DNA of 64,000 bases, taken from the NCBI GenBank assembly GCA_022823725.1, contig JAJEHL010000039.1, positions 7,632-71,631 on the forward strand, written 5' to 3'. The stretch is from Candidatus Latescibacterota bacterium. GTDB taxonomy: Bacteria > Latescibacterota > UBA2968. A program made the translations under genes and the position numbers. The stretch's first letter is position 1. Each line of letters begins with the position of its first letter. The notes under the pieces are model-generated. The model was not told the DNA's origin, did no database searches, and worked only from the letters and a program-made list of their open reading frames with translations. This document shows positions 37,123-46,425 of this stretch, in pieces.

Positions 37123-37683
37123 GTGTTTAATCTACCTGATAAACCCATATTTCTCACTGGTTTTATGGCTACTGGGAAAACCAGAGTCGGGCGCATTTTG
37201 TCCGGATGGTTGAATCGGACCTTCGTTGATACAGATGAATTGGTGGTCGATGCCGCTGGGAAAACAATTCCGGAAATTTTTGAGGAATGTGGTGAAACCG
37301 CATTTCGCCAGTTGGAACACCAGGCGGTTATCGTGGCATCGAAGATGGGCAATGTGATCGTTTCTCTCGGTGGTGGTGCCATTACTCAGGAGCGGAATTG
37401 GGCGGTCATTCGCAAAACCGGCGTGTGTTTGTGTTTTCGCGCTTCTGTCGATACGATTTTTGAACGGGTCAGTCGCAAGCGCGATGAGAGACCCTTGCTG
37501 GCCGGGCTGGATGATGAGGGTTTGAAGAACAAAATTGAGGTGATGATGGCGGAGCGAGAGCCATTCTATGCGCGTGCAGATGCGTTTGCAACTTCGACAA
37601 ATGATCACACGCCCGAAGATACGGCAGAGACAGCATTGATTGAATTACAGAGTGTTTTTGAAACCACCGATAAACAGGGATGA
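37123..37683 (+). CDS. aroK: shikimate kinase
   Basis: ...IFLTGFMATGKTRVGRILS... is the P-loop, and ...VSLGGGAI... is a further match. Confidence 0.85.
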   Translation: MFNLPDKPIFLTGFMATGKTRVGRILSGWLNRTFVDTDELVVDAAGKTIPEIFEECGETAFRQLEHQAVIVASKMGNVIVSLGGGAITQERNWAVIRKTGVCLCFRASVDTIFERVSRKRDERPLLAGLDDEGLKNKIEVMMAEREPFYARADAFATSTNDHTPEDTAETALIELQSVFETTDKQG

Positions 37684-37700
37684 ACAATGAGGAGGTAAAA

Positions 37701-37910
37701 ATGTTGGAAATACACAAAAATTACGTTCTCGACGAAAACCAAAATCCAATCGCTGTGCAGATTCCGCTTGCGGAATTTGAACGCATCGAAGAGATCATTG
37801 AAAATTATGGTCTCGCACGCCTGATGGATGAAGTTCAAGATGAGCCGTGTCTCACAGGAGAAGAAGCATACCAACACTATCGGTCACTGAAAAATGAACT
37901 GGAGGGTTGA
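37701..37910 (+). CDS. type II antitoxin (Phd/YefM-like), cognate to downstream RelE/ParE toxin
   Basis: MLEIHKNYVLDENQNPIAVQIPLAEFERIEEIIENYGLARLMDE... resembles the Phd/YefM core (..AVVISAEEYERL..). GAGGAGG RBS upstream; the alternative in-frame start is 37680. Confidence 0.55.
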   Translation: MLEIHKNYVLDENQNPIAVQIPLAEFERIEEIIENYGLARLMDEVQDEPCLTGEEAYQHYRSLKNELEG

Positions 37911-38169
37911 TTATACGGAGAGATTTTTGAGGGAACTGGCCCGCCTCCCCAAACATATTCAAAAACGAGCAGAAGCCATTGTATTTCATCAATTTTCTTC
38001 AACTAACCCCTTTCAATCAGGATATATCGAAAGCATGAAGGGATACCGAGATAAATATAAGATCCGCATTGGTAATTATCGTATAGGGATCGCGGTTGAT
38101 CGAGAGAACAGGGTGATTATATGTCAGCGTATTGCTCATCGACGAGATATTTACAGAATATTTCCGTAG
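37894..38169 (+). CDS. type II toxin, RelE/ParE family
   Basis: ...YRDKYKIRIGNYRIGIAVDRENRVIICQRIAHRRDIYR is the RelE/ParE C-terminal signature. It overlaps the antitoxin by 17 nt. Confidence 0.7.
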   Translation: MNWRVDYTERFLRELARLPKHIQKRAEAIVFHQFSSTNPFQSGYIESMKGYRDKYKIRIGNYRIGIAVDRENRVIICQRIAHRRDIYRIFP

Positions 38170-38183
38170 TCAAGGATGGTGTG

Positions 38184-39287
38184 ATGGAAACGGTGACGGT
38201 TGATTTAGGTGATCGAAGTTATGATATTTTGATCGGTCGCGATTGCTTGCGCGGTTTGGGCGATTTGTATGCAGAGCGCGGTTTGGGAGAAACAGCGGTA
38301 ATTGTGACCAATCCGACGGTTGCCGCGCTCTATCTCAATACGGTTCGGCAGAGTCTCGCCCGCGCCGGTGTGAAGGTTGTGGTCGTAACTGTGCCCGATG
38401 GCGAGCAATACAAGACGCTTGAGACAGCGGGGCAGATCTATGGCGATTTGATCGCGGCGGGATTGGATCGCAAGTCCTGTGTCGTGACATTGGGCGGCGG
38501 TGTGGTTGGCGATATGGCTGGTTTTGTCGCTGCGACGTATTTGAGGGGTGTTGATTTTGTGCAGGTGCCCACGACGCTGGAAGCGCAGGTCGATGCGAGT
38601 GTGGGGGGAAAAACAGCTGTGGATCATGTTTTGGGAAAGAACATGATCGGTGCTTTTCACCAGCCAAAGTTGGTGTTGATCGATACGGCTACACTCGATA
38701 CTTTACCCAAACGCGAAGTGCGGGCGGGTATGGCCGAGGTGATCAAGCACGGGATTATACGCGATCCCGGTCTGGTGTCGTTTTTGGAAGATCACATTGA
38801 AGATGCTGCAAATTTAAGCCTGCCTTCGGATCAGATCAATTGGCTCGTTGCCCAACAGTGTCGCATCAAGGCGGGGGTTGTGGCTGCCGATGAAACCGAG
38901 AAAGGCGTACGCGAAATTTTAAATTACGGTCATACGGTGGGACACGCGCTGGAAGTGGTGACGCATTACGATTATTACAAACACGGTGAGGCGGTGTGTT
39001 TGGGGATGTTGGCCGCAGGGTATATCGCAGTGCAAAAGGGGATGTGGTCAGGGGATGCGTTCGAGCGGCAAAATGCTCTTATTGCCCGTCTGGGCATTCC
39101 CAAAGGCGTGCCTGATTTGAAGGTCGATGAGGTGTTGGAGCGGATGATGAGTGATAAGAAAGCGCGGGATGGTATCATCCGCTTTGTATTGCCCGAGCGG
39201 ATCGGAAAAATTGTGCCGCGAGATGATGTGGCACACGCAGAAATCGTTGCGGGGATTCAGTATATGCAGCATCAAGCGTTGGGATAG
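38184..39287 (+). CDS. aroB: 3-dehydroquinate synthase
   Basis: ...VVTLGGGVVGDMAGFVAATYLRGVDFVQVPTTLEAQVDASVGGKTAVDH... is the AroB signature. The start is set at ATG 38184 with AAGGA RBS. Confidence 0.88.
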   Translation: METVTVDLGDRSYDILIGRDCLRGLGDLYAERGLGETAVIVTNPTVAALYLNTVRQSLARAGVKVVVVTVPDGEQYKTLETAGQIYGDLIAAGLDRKSCVVTLGGGVVGDMAGFVAATYLRGVDFVQVPTTLEAQVDASVGGKTAVDHVLGKNMIGAFHQPKLVLIDTATLDTLPKREVRAGMAEVIKHGIIRDPGLVSFLEDHIEDAANLSLPSDQINWLVAQQCRIKAGVVAADETEKGVREILNYGHTVGHALEVVTHYDYYKHGEAVCLGMLAAGYIAVQKGMWSGDAFERQNALIARLGIPKGVPDLKVDEVLERMMSDKKARDGIIRFVLPERIGKIVPRDDVAHAEIVAGIQYMQHQALG

Positions 39288-39296
39288 GAGATTTTT

Positions 39297-40847
39297 ATGA
39301 GCGAAGATATTGGTCACGAATGCGGCGTGGCAGCCCTCTACTGGCTCGGGGAAAACGGCGATGCCGGCGATACCGATGATTTTGAAAATGTTGCAGCACT
39401 AATGCCGAGTATGTTGCTCGACCTTCAAAATAGGGGACAACTCGCCGCGGGATATTGCTCCTATCACCCCAACCGCGATCATCTTTTACGCACATTTAGA
39501 GATCTGGGCGGTGTTACCGAAGCCTTCCGCATGTCGCATCCCGGTAAATACCAGTCCATTATTGACCAATATGCAGGGATAGCTGCGATTGGACATACGC
39601 GCTATGCCACCAGTGGCGAAGACGATGTGCGCTACGCACAGCCCTTTGAACGGCAGCACGGGCGTATTTGGAAATGGTTTAGCCTGGCTTTTAACGGCAA
39701 TCTGGCCAATTACACGCTGTTGCGCGAACGCTTGTTGTCCAAGCAGGGGTATCACTTTACCCTAAATATCGATACCGAAATTATCATGCATACCCTGGCG
39801 TATCGATTGAAGGGTGAAAATGCGCCCGATCTGGCCGATGTGATGCGTTCGCTTTCCCGCGATTTTGACGGCGCTTATAATATCGCATTTCTCGATGCCT
39901 CGGGGCGTATGTTCGTCTCGCGCGATCCGCTCGGTTTGCATCCCATGTGCTGGGGGGTGAAAGGTCGTCTTTTTGCCGCAGCCAATGAATCAACGGCTCT
40001 TTCCAATCTCGGTTTTAGCGATATAAAATGGCTCAAACCCGGGGAAATGATAATTATTGAAGATGGTAATCTGCGCGTTGCGCACTATACGAAATCAAAA
40101 AAAACAGCCCGTTGTTTTTTTGAATGGGTCTATTTTTCTAATGTTGCCAGTGAAATTGACGGCCTCAGCGTTTATACTTCTCGCGCTGAGGCCGGTCGTA
40201 TTTTGGCTGAAAAAGAAAGCCAGAAAATTGACGATTCATGTGTGGTTGTGCCCGTTCCCGATACGGCCAAAGCTGCAGCCGATGCTTATGCTCATCACCT
40301 GAAAATGCCCTGTATGGAAGGTGTGATCCGCAATCGCTATGTGGGGCGCACTTTTATCCAGCCCAAAACCACCCGCTCGCAGAGTGCTAAAAGCAAGTAC
40401 ACGTCATTGGCCTCTGTTTTATCGGGCAAGCGCGTTTTTCTGGTAGAAGATTCTATTGTGCGCTCCCTCACGCTTCGCACCCTTGCCCATCAGGTACGCG
40501 ACAGCGGCGCGACCGAGGTACATGTGCGCGTGGCCTGTCCGCCCATTGTTGCGCCGTGTTTTTACGGGATTGATATGACGACCCTGGACGAACTCTTTGC
40601 CCCCGAACACGTTCCGGTGCGATACCGCGGTATGCCCAGCGTACAGACGCTAAAAAAAATGGCTATCGATCTCGATGTCGATAGCCTGAGATACCTCGAT
40701 GTTCCCGATCTGGGTTCCAGCATTGGGTGTGAAACAGATACCCTGTGTCTGGGATGTGTCACGGGCAAATATCCCACTACATGGGGCAATCGCCTCATGC
40801 GAGAGGCTCGCAAAAACCCCGAGACCGTTGGTCGCCTCTATGGGTGA
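39297..40847 (+). CDS. purF: amidophosphoribosyltransferase (glutamine PRPP amidotransferase), propeptide-containing type
   Basis: The propeptide MSEDIGHE is followed by the nucleophile Cys (CGVAAL). The C-terminal PRTase block ...FLVEDSIVRSLTLRTLAHQVRDSGATEVHVRVACPPIVAPCFYGIDM... is present. Confidence 0.8.
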   Translation: MSEDIGHECGVAALYWLGENGDAGDTDDFENVAALMPSMLLDLQNRGQLAAGYCSYHPNRDHLLRTFRDLGGVTEAFRMSHPGKYQSIIDQYAGIAAIGHTRYATSGEDDVRYAQPFERQHGRIWKWFSLAFNGNLANYTLLRERLLSKQGYHFTLNIDTEIIMHTLAYRLKGENAPDLADVMRSLSRDFDGAYNIAFLDASGRMFVSRDPLGLHPMCWGVKGRLFAAANESTALSNLGFSDIKWLKPGEMIIIEDGNLRVAHYTKSKKTARCFFEWVYFSNVASEIDGLSVYTSRAEAGRILAEKESQKIDDSCVVVPVPDTAKAAADAYAHHLKMPCMEGVIRNRYVGRTFIQPKTTRSQSAKSKYTSLASVLSGKRVFLVEDSIVRSLTLRTLAHQVRDSGATEVHVRVACPPIVAPCFYGIDMTTLDELFAPEHVPVRYRGMPSVQTLKKMAIDLDVDSLRYLDVPDLGSSIGCETDTLCLGCVTGKYPTTWGNRLMREARKNPETVGRLYG

Positions 40848-42925
40848 TCATCTATTCGTCTATATCGCGCTTCGAGATCGCGCAATCCTTTATTGTTTCC
40901 CAAAATTGTCAATCGATCATTTTCTTGCAGTACGGTATTGCCGCGGGGAATGACCATGCGCCCGCCACGGCGCAACATCGCCACGAGACAGCTTTTTGGA
41001 AAATCCGTCTCGATCAGGGCACGGCCAATGAGGTCGGCGGTCGCGTGATTGTGGCGCAGTGTTAATAATAAAAAGGCTTCGTCGCGCAACAGGGCTTCTT
41101 TTAACTCGACTTCATCGCTGGCGGAGTGCCATTCGCGCAAGAAGTTTTCATCGTCTGCACGCCGCGCAATTTGTGCCAGAATACGCAGGTGCTGTGAGGG
41201 GTCGTGCTCTGGGCTGAATAAGAAAAAGAGCGCGGTTAGCTGCGTTTCTACCTCGTGCCCGGTCAGTGAATCTGTAAACTGGATGTGAATGCCCGGCAGT
41301 GATCGCACGAGGACCATTTCGCAGTGTTCGATCCCATCAATCCGAAGATGTGGCAATCCCACGCCGTGTGTCACGGGGGTGGAGCCAATATGCGTGCGGT
41401 CCAGCAATTGTTTTTCGATTTCATCGATGGTATGCGGCACCCGACCCGCGAGCCAGTCCGCTACCTGCCGCACGACCTCCTCGAATTCAGCTGGGCGGTC
41501 CAGATCGATGACCAGACTTCGCGCCGCGATCTCTTCAAAGGGGTCTTCATCGCGCAATCCCTTTTCCTTCAGGATGCCCCGGAGTTCGACATCCAGCCCA
41601 GTGTACCGTCTTTGCCCCCAGCGTTCAAACATGTGGTAAATCGCACCATCGCGGTTTACCTTGTCTCGAGCAAATTTGAAGTACCAGATTGTTCCTATCA
41701 GGATCAGTCCGAGGGAGAATAGAGACGATAACCAGCCCATCTCAATGATTAACACACACGAAGAAATTATGCCGAATAATTGCATATAGGGGTATAGCGG
41801 TGAATGATATCCCGAGTCGTAGGAATCCAATCCGCTTTCGCGCATGACAATTACGGCCAGGCATACCAGCGCGAACATCAATAATTGAAATGCACTGGCC
41901 AATTTGGCAATTTTGGTTGGGTCGAGAAAGATGAGGATCAAGACAATTACGCCCATGGTGGCCAGTACCCCATGAACAGGGGCGCCTTTTGCATTCAAAT
42001 GCTGGAAAAATCTCGGCATCATGTAGTCTCGGCTCATTGCCAGGGGATAGCGCGAAGCCGAGAGCATTCCGGCATTGGCGACTGATATAAAGGCGAGGAA
42101 GGCAGCCACAGAGATGACCATCACGCCCCAATCGCCAAATACGGCTTTGGCTGCTGAGGCGGCGGGTGTTAAATCACCTACGAGTTGATCGAGTGGCAAT
42201 ACACCGACCATGACGCCCGTGCCCAATGCATAGACCAGAACTGCCGTGATCAATGAAAAGATGACGCCCAGGGGTAAATTGCGCTCGGGATGTTTTATTT
42301 CTTCAGACAAACTCGCAACTTTTGTCACGCCCACATAGCTGATATAGACCAGTCCCGCTGTGGATAATATCGTGTGGGTCTCTACCTCGAATACTGCGGT
42401 CAATCGCGCGTGTTCAATAGTGGGTATGCCTCCTCCGATAAATATTCCCAGGATCGCCAATAGGCCCAACACCAGTGCTATTTGAAATCCACCGCTTTTT
42501 TGCGTGTCCAATAGATTCAGGACGCCCAATCCAATCGCAATTGTGACGGCCACGGGTGTTATCGGCAATTCGGGCACATAAAGCGCGATGTACGCTCCCA
42601 TACCCACGAGTGCGAATGCCACTTTTAATACCATTGCCAGCCATGTGCCAATGCCTCCAAGCGTGCCCATCCACGGTCCGAGCGATCGATCCAAAAAATA
42701 ATACACGCCACCCGCGCGGGGCATTGCGGTTGCCAGTTCAATAATGCTGAACATCGCGGGTACGAGCGGAACAGCGGCAATGATATACGCCAGTACAATG
42801 GCAGCACCGGCCTGTTCGGCAGCCAGTCCCGGCAATAAAAAGAATCCCGCACTCAGAGTAGCACCTGTTGAGATTGCATAAACACCGAATAAGCCGAGTT
42901 CTTTTTTTAATTTTGTCGTTTTCAT
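40838..42925 (-). CDS. APC-family amino-acid permease fused to C-terminal PTS-EIIA(Ntr)-like and TrkA-C (RCK_C) regulatory domains
   Basis: The N-terminal roughly 430 aa have 12 TM helices (...GLFGVYAISTGATLSAGFFLLPG...). The C-terminus carries ...HGVGLPHLRIDGIEHCEMVLVRS..., an EIIA type-2-like region, and ...CLVAMLRRGGRMVIPRGNTVLQENDRLTILG..., a TrkA-C-like region. Confidence 0.65.
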   Translation of the reverse strand: MKTTKLKKELGLFGVYAISTGATLSAGFFLLPGLAAEQAGAAIVLAYIIAAVPLVPAMFSIIELATAMPRAGGVYYFLDRSLGPWMGTLGGIGTWLAMVLKVAFALVGMGAYIALYVPELPITPVAVTIAIGLGVLNLLDTQKSGGFQIALVLGLLAILGIFIGGGIPTIEHARLTAVFEVETHTILSTAGLVYISYVGVTKVASLSEEIKHPERNLPLGVIFSLITAVLVYALGTGVMVGVLPLDQLVGDLTPAASAAKAVFGDWGVMVISVAAFLAFISVANAGMLSASRYPLAMSRDYMMPRFFQHLNAKGAPVHGVLATMGVIVLILIFLDPTKIAKLASAFQLLMFALVCLAVIVMRESGLDSYDSGYHSPLYPYMQLFGIISSCVLIIEMGWLSSLFSLGLILIGTIWYFKFARDKVNRDGAIYHMFERWGQRRYTGLDVELRGILKEKGLRDEDPFEEIAARSLVIDLDRPAEFEEVVRQVADWLAGRVPHTIDEIEKQLLDRTHIGSTPVTHGVGLPHLRIDGIEHCEMVLVRSLPGIHIQFTDSLTGHEVETQLTALFFLFSPEHDPSQHLRILAQIARRADDENFLREWHSASDEVELKEALLRDEAFLLLTLRHNHATADLIGRALIETDFPKSCLVAMLRRGGRMVIPRGNTVLQENDRLTILGNNKGLRDLEARYRRIDDHP

Positions 42926-42930
42926 CTTTT

Positions 42931-44175
42931 TTATGTGCTTTCTATCTCGACTCTAACATTTTGGGCTTCAGGCGTAAAGGCCACCAGTGTTACATCGCCT
43001 TCTCGATAATATGTGCCATCCCGAAAGGTCGCTTTTGTCAACGCGGGTGTCAGGGGTTTGCCGTTTATTTTTACGCCTGCAACTGTTATTTCACGCAATC
43101 GCAATGTGAATTCGGGCACCTGTACGGGCAAATCGAGTGTTATTATTTGTTCTTCTACCTTTACATCGGCCATTTCGCGCGCGATTGCATAGTTGGTAAT
43201 TTCACTGCATTTGCGCCACTGAGATTTCTCGCCATTGGGATCGCGTTCTTTTAACCTTCGCACAATGGTCTGAAATGCCCGAAATCCGCGGCGATCTTCA
43301 TTGTGAATCCCGTAAAATCCCTGCCAGTGGCTGATCATCACGGCAGGGTCGCCCGCGTCGATGACTTCGGGCAAACGCCCACCCTGGAGGTCCGATGTGA
43401 TGTAATAATCTACATCTACCTCGCCATATCCTGTCCACGATCCCGTGCGATCACCCGTCGCGGCGATCACTTCACCCATTGCCTCGCCACGCTCGGGTTT
43501 GGGATACCACACCGGACAATCTACCGCACCGCTGGACGATACGCGCTTAAATAGATACGGTGTTGGATTGCCCGTTATCCTGCGCACGGCGTTTTCCGCA
43601 CATCTGGCATAAAAGTCTATTGGATTGCCAAATCCCCCCGGGCTTGTCACTCCTGCAGGTGTTAATCCCACATTGTGCAAAATTTCACATGCCAGTGCGA
43701 TATAATTTGTTACCAACTCTTCTTCGTCGGTTGGCAAATTGTTCCATCCCCATTGTTCCCACAAGTTTGGATCAACAGGTTGCAATGTTTCAAGGTCAAC
43801 CACAAAGGTGTGTGTGATCATTTCCGGCGTGATGTCGTAATTGGGCATAATCAGTTCCCGACACATCGCCAACCAGCTTTCCTGCTGCGCTTTGGAGAAC
43901 AAGGGGAGTCCATGGTCTATTCGCCCAAGTGCGGCGGGACACGGTACCACGCTGAATTTGCCCTTTACATCGTGTTCCAAACAGAATTCGGCAAATTCGC
44001 GCGTGAACGATTCCGGATGTACCACGGGCACATCTTCCCAGCGATAATCCGTTCCATCTACGGCCTGGCGGTCTCGCATAAAAAAATAATTCAGATTTAC
44101 CAGTACGGTGGAATCATCAAAAATGATCGATATCGGCACGCGGTCTAAGGCGTGTTTGTTGATTTCGACTTGCAT
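42931..44175 (-). CDS. hypothetical protein (possible polysaccharide-deacetylase-like fold)
   Basis: 414 aa with no signal peptide. ...PISIIFDDSTV... resembles deacetylase motif 1, but no confident family assignment can be made. Confidence 0.3.
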   Translation of the reverse strand: MQVEINKHALDRVPISIIFDDSTVLVNLNYFFMRDRQAVDGTDYRWEDVPVVHPESFTREFAEFCLEHDVKGKFSVVPCPAALGRIDHGLPLFSKAQQESWLAMCRELIMPNYDITPEMITHTFVVDLETLQPVDPNLWEQWGWNNLPTDEEELVTNYIALACEILHNVGLTPAGVTSPGGFGNPIDFYARCAENAVRRITGNPTPYLFKRVSSSGAVDCPVWYPKPERGEAMGEVIAATGDRTGSWTGYGEVDVDYYITSDLQGGRLPEVIDAGDPAVMISHWQGFYGIHNEDRRGFRAFQTIVRRLKERDPNGEKSQWRKCSEITNYAIAREMADVKVEEQIITLDLPVQVPEFTLRLREITVAGVKINGKPLTPALTKATFRDGTYYREGDVTLVAFTPEAQNVRVEIEST

Positions 44176-44345
44176 AAAACACTCCTGATTTATAGGGGTG
44201 GGCTTGAGGAGTGAGAAGATACCACAATTTTATACCCTCCACAATCCCCAATCATGTTGCTATCCAGAAATTCTTGCATTATCATGACGGATTGTGTACA
44301 ACTGGTCGCAGTTCATTTAAATTAAAAAATTACAGGAGAATTACC

Positions 44346-45401
44346 ATGGCAGCCGAAATGTATGCAGGCGCAGAATGGGATCCGGAAAACCCGCGCATGC
44401 ATATTGGTACACAGCGGTTTTCCACGTCGGATGAGCATCTCGAGTTTCTCGCGCGGTGTGGTGTTACGAATATGGCGCTCAACGATGCCAGAGAAATTAC
44501 GCCAGATCCAAGTAGCGGTTGGACAGTGGAAGAGATCGTGGAGAAAAAAGAAAAAGCAGCAAAACACGGCATTACCGTGGAAATGGTGGCATTGCCGGTG
44601 CAACATCTCAATGTCAATGGCAGTTTTGTGCCCGAGTTTATGCGCGGGAATATGAAGGATGGCGAGAAAGAAATTGAGATTGCCTGTGATATGGTGCGCG
44701 CTGCCGCAGATGCGGGTATTCCCGCGCTGAAGTATTTTCTTTGCGAAATGGAAAATCAACGCACGGAAGGCGTTCCGCTGGGGCGGGGAGGTGTGCGCTA
44801 TTCCACGTGGGATTTGTCTGTGGCCGATGTGGATACGCCGCGGTATGATGAACCGGTTACAGCAGAACAGAATTGGGAAAATATTACTTTCTTTTTGGAG
44901 CGCGTTATTCCCGTTGCTACCGAATGCAAAGTGCGTATGGCCTGTCACCCGTGCGATCCTTGGTTGCCGCCCGGTTACAAAGGTGTTGATCGCGTGCTGG
45001 GTGGATACGATGGATTCAAGAGTTTTATCGATATTTGCCCAAGTCCTTACCACGGTCTCAATCTTTGCCTCGGTTGCATGGCGGAGAGCGTTGTGGATCC
45101 TCGCAATGAGGTGGCCGATATTATTCGCTATTTTGGGGAAAGAAAAAAAATTCATCTTATCCACTTTCGCAATATTACGGGGGGACGCAACAAGTTTCAG
45201 GAGGTTTATCCCGATGAAGGCGATATGAATATGTTTGTGCTGATGAAAGCGCTCAAGGAAGTGGGCTATCCGCACATGATTGTTCCCGATCACGCGCCTG
45301 GCCACGAGGCGCAAGGGCATTTCGAACAGGCATTCGCTTTCCAGTTTGGTTTTATCAAAGCTCTGCTTCAGGCGGTGGAGATAGAAACAGGGGAGGAGTG
45401 A
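44346..45401 (+). CDS. uxuA: mannonate dehydratase
   Basis: ...VRMACHPCDPW..., ...IHLIHFRN..., ...IVPDHAPGH... align with the UxuA blocks (VRMAVHPDDPP, IYFTHLR, RPDHGH). Start at ATG 44346 with AGGAGA RBS. Confidence 0.75.
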   Translation: MAAEMYAGAEWDPENPRMHIGTQRFSTSDEHLEFLARCGVTNMALNDAREITPDPSSGWTVEEIVEKKEKAAKHGITVEMVALPVQHLNVNGSFVPEFMRGNMKDGEKEIEIACDMVRAAADAGIPALKYFLCEMENQRTEGVPLGRGGVRYSTWDLSVADVDTPRYDEPVTAEQNWENITFFLERVIPVATECKVRMACHPCDPWLPPGYKGVDRVLGGYDGFKSFIDICPSPYHGLNLCLGCMAESVVDPRNEVADIIRYFGERKKIHLIHFRNITGGRNKFQEVYPDEGDMNMFVLMKALKEVGYPHMIVPDHAPGHEAQGHFEQAFAFQFGFIKALLQAVEIETGEE

Positions 45402-46405
45402 TATCCTTGAGTTATTCAATTCGAGAGATTCGAGAGGCGTTGGGAATGTGTAGCCGATTGTCGCTTGCCGATTTGCCCACGCCGTTGATGGATTGCCCGA
45501 GGTTGGCAGAGAAGTTGGGTGGACCGCGTATCTTGGTCAAGCGTGAGGATCAGACGGGGTTGGCATTTGGGGGGAATAAGGTGCGCGAGTTTGAATATTC
45601 CGTAGCTCCTGCTGTGGATGAGGGGTATGATGTGTTGCTTCACGGCGCGGCATCGCAGTCGAATCAATCGCGGTTGACCGCAGCGGTTGCGGCGAGGTTG
45701 GGTCTGAAGGCTGTGATGGTGGGGCGCAAGGATGACCATGCAGATCCCGTGAATGGCAATTTGTTGCTCACGCATCTGTTTGGCGCAGAGGTGCATTTGA
45801 TTGAGGGCGAGCAGGAAAAGCAAGCTGTTATTGAAAAGTTAAAGGCCGATGGACACAGGGTCTATAACACGAGTTCGGATGGGTATTATTATCGCAGCGT
45901 GTCTTATGTGGATGGGTTTTTGGAATTGTGGGAGCAGATGCAGGCAATGGATGTGATACCCGATGCCATCTATGTGTGCGCGGGCGTGCATACGCATACC
46001 GGGCTTGTCGTTGGTGCAAAAGCACTGGGTGTTGATGTGCGGATTATTGGCATAAGTCCGAGTCCACAGGACGATGAGAAAAAGAATGTGCAACTCGCCG
46101 AGGTTGCAAATGAGGTGTGTAATATTCTGAATTTGGATCTGAATTTTACGGCAGATGATTTTGAGAGTTATGGCAAATACGCTGGACCGGCTTATGGGGT
46201 GCTGACGCCCGGCGCGCGAGAGGCCGTGTTGTTGGCCGCGCAAACCGAAGGGTTGCTGCTGGATCCCGTTTATGCGGGCAAAACGTATGGTGCAATGATT
46301 GAGCATATCCGCGAGGGATGGTATCGCAAAGATCAAACGGTTGTGTTTGTGCATACGGGTGGGACCCCTGCGCTATTTGCTTATGGCGATGAGTTGTTGG
46401 CATAA
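45398..46405 (+). CDS. PLP-dependent ACC deaminase / D-cysteine desulfhydrase family enzyme
   Basis: ...LADLPTPLMDCPRLAEKLGGPRILVKREDQTGLAFGGNKVREFEY... is the fold-type II PLP signature. The start is uncertain (GTG 45398 or ATG 45446). Confidence 0.7.
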   Translation: MISLSYSIREIREALGMCSRLSLADLPTPLMDCPRLAEKLGGPRILVKREDQTGLAFGGNKVREFEYSVAPAVDEGYDVLLHGAASQSNQSRLTAAVAARLGLKAVMVGRKDDHADPVNGNLLLTHLFGAEVHLIEGEQEKQAVIEKLKADGHRVYNTSSDGYYYRSVSYVDGFLELWEQMQAMDVIPDAIYVCAGVHTHTGLVVGAKALGVDVRIIGISPSPQDDEKKNVQLAEVANEVCNILNLDLNFTADDFESYGKYAGPAYGVLTPGAREAVLLAAQTEGLLLDPVYAGKTYGAMIEHIREGWYRKDQTVVFVHTGGTPALFAYGDELLA

Positions 46406-46425
46406 ATATTGAAAGGATTTGAACG

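Noticed and set aside
19049-40847. Absence of aroC, dehydroquinase and prephenate dehydratase interpreted as pathway gaps
   Set aside because: These genes are frequently unlinked. Absence from a 64-kb window says nothing about the genome. Only the truncated aroA is flagged, because the truncation itself is visible.
44322-45419. 365-aa minus-strand ORF
   Set aside because: It is antisense to uxuA (mannonate dehydratase), which is supported by multiple conserved blocks and a good RBS.
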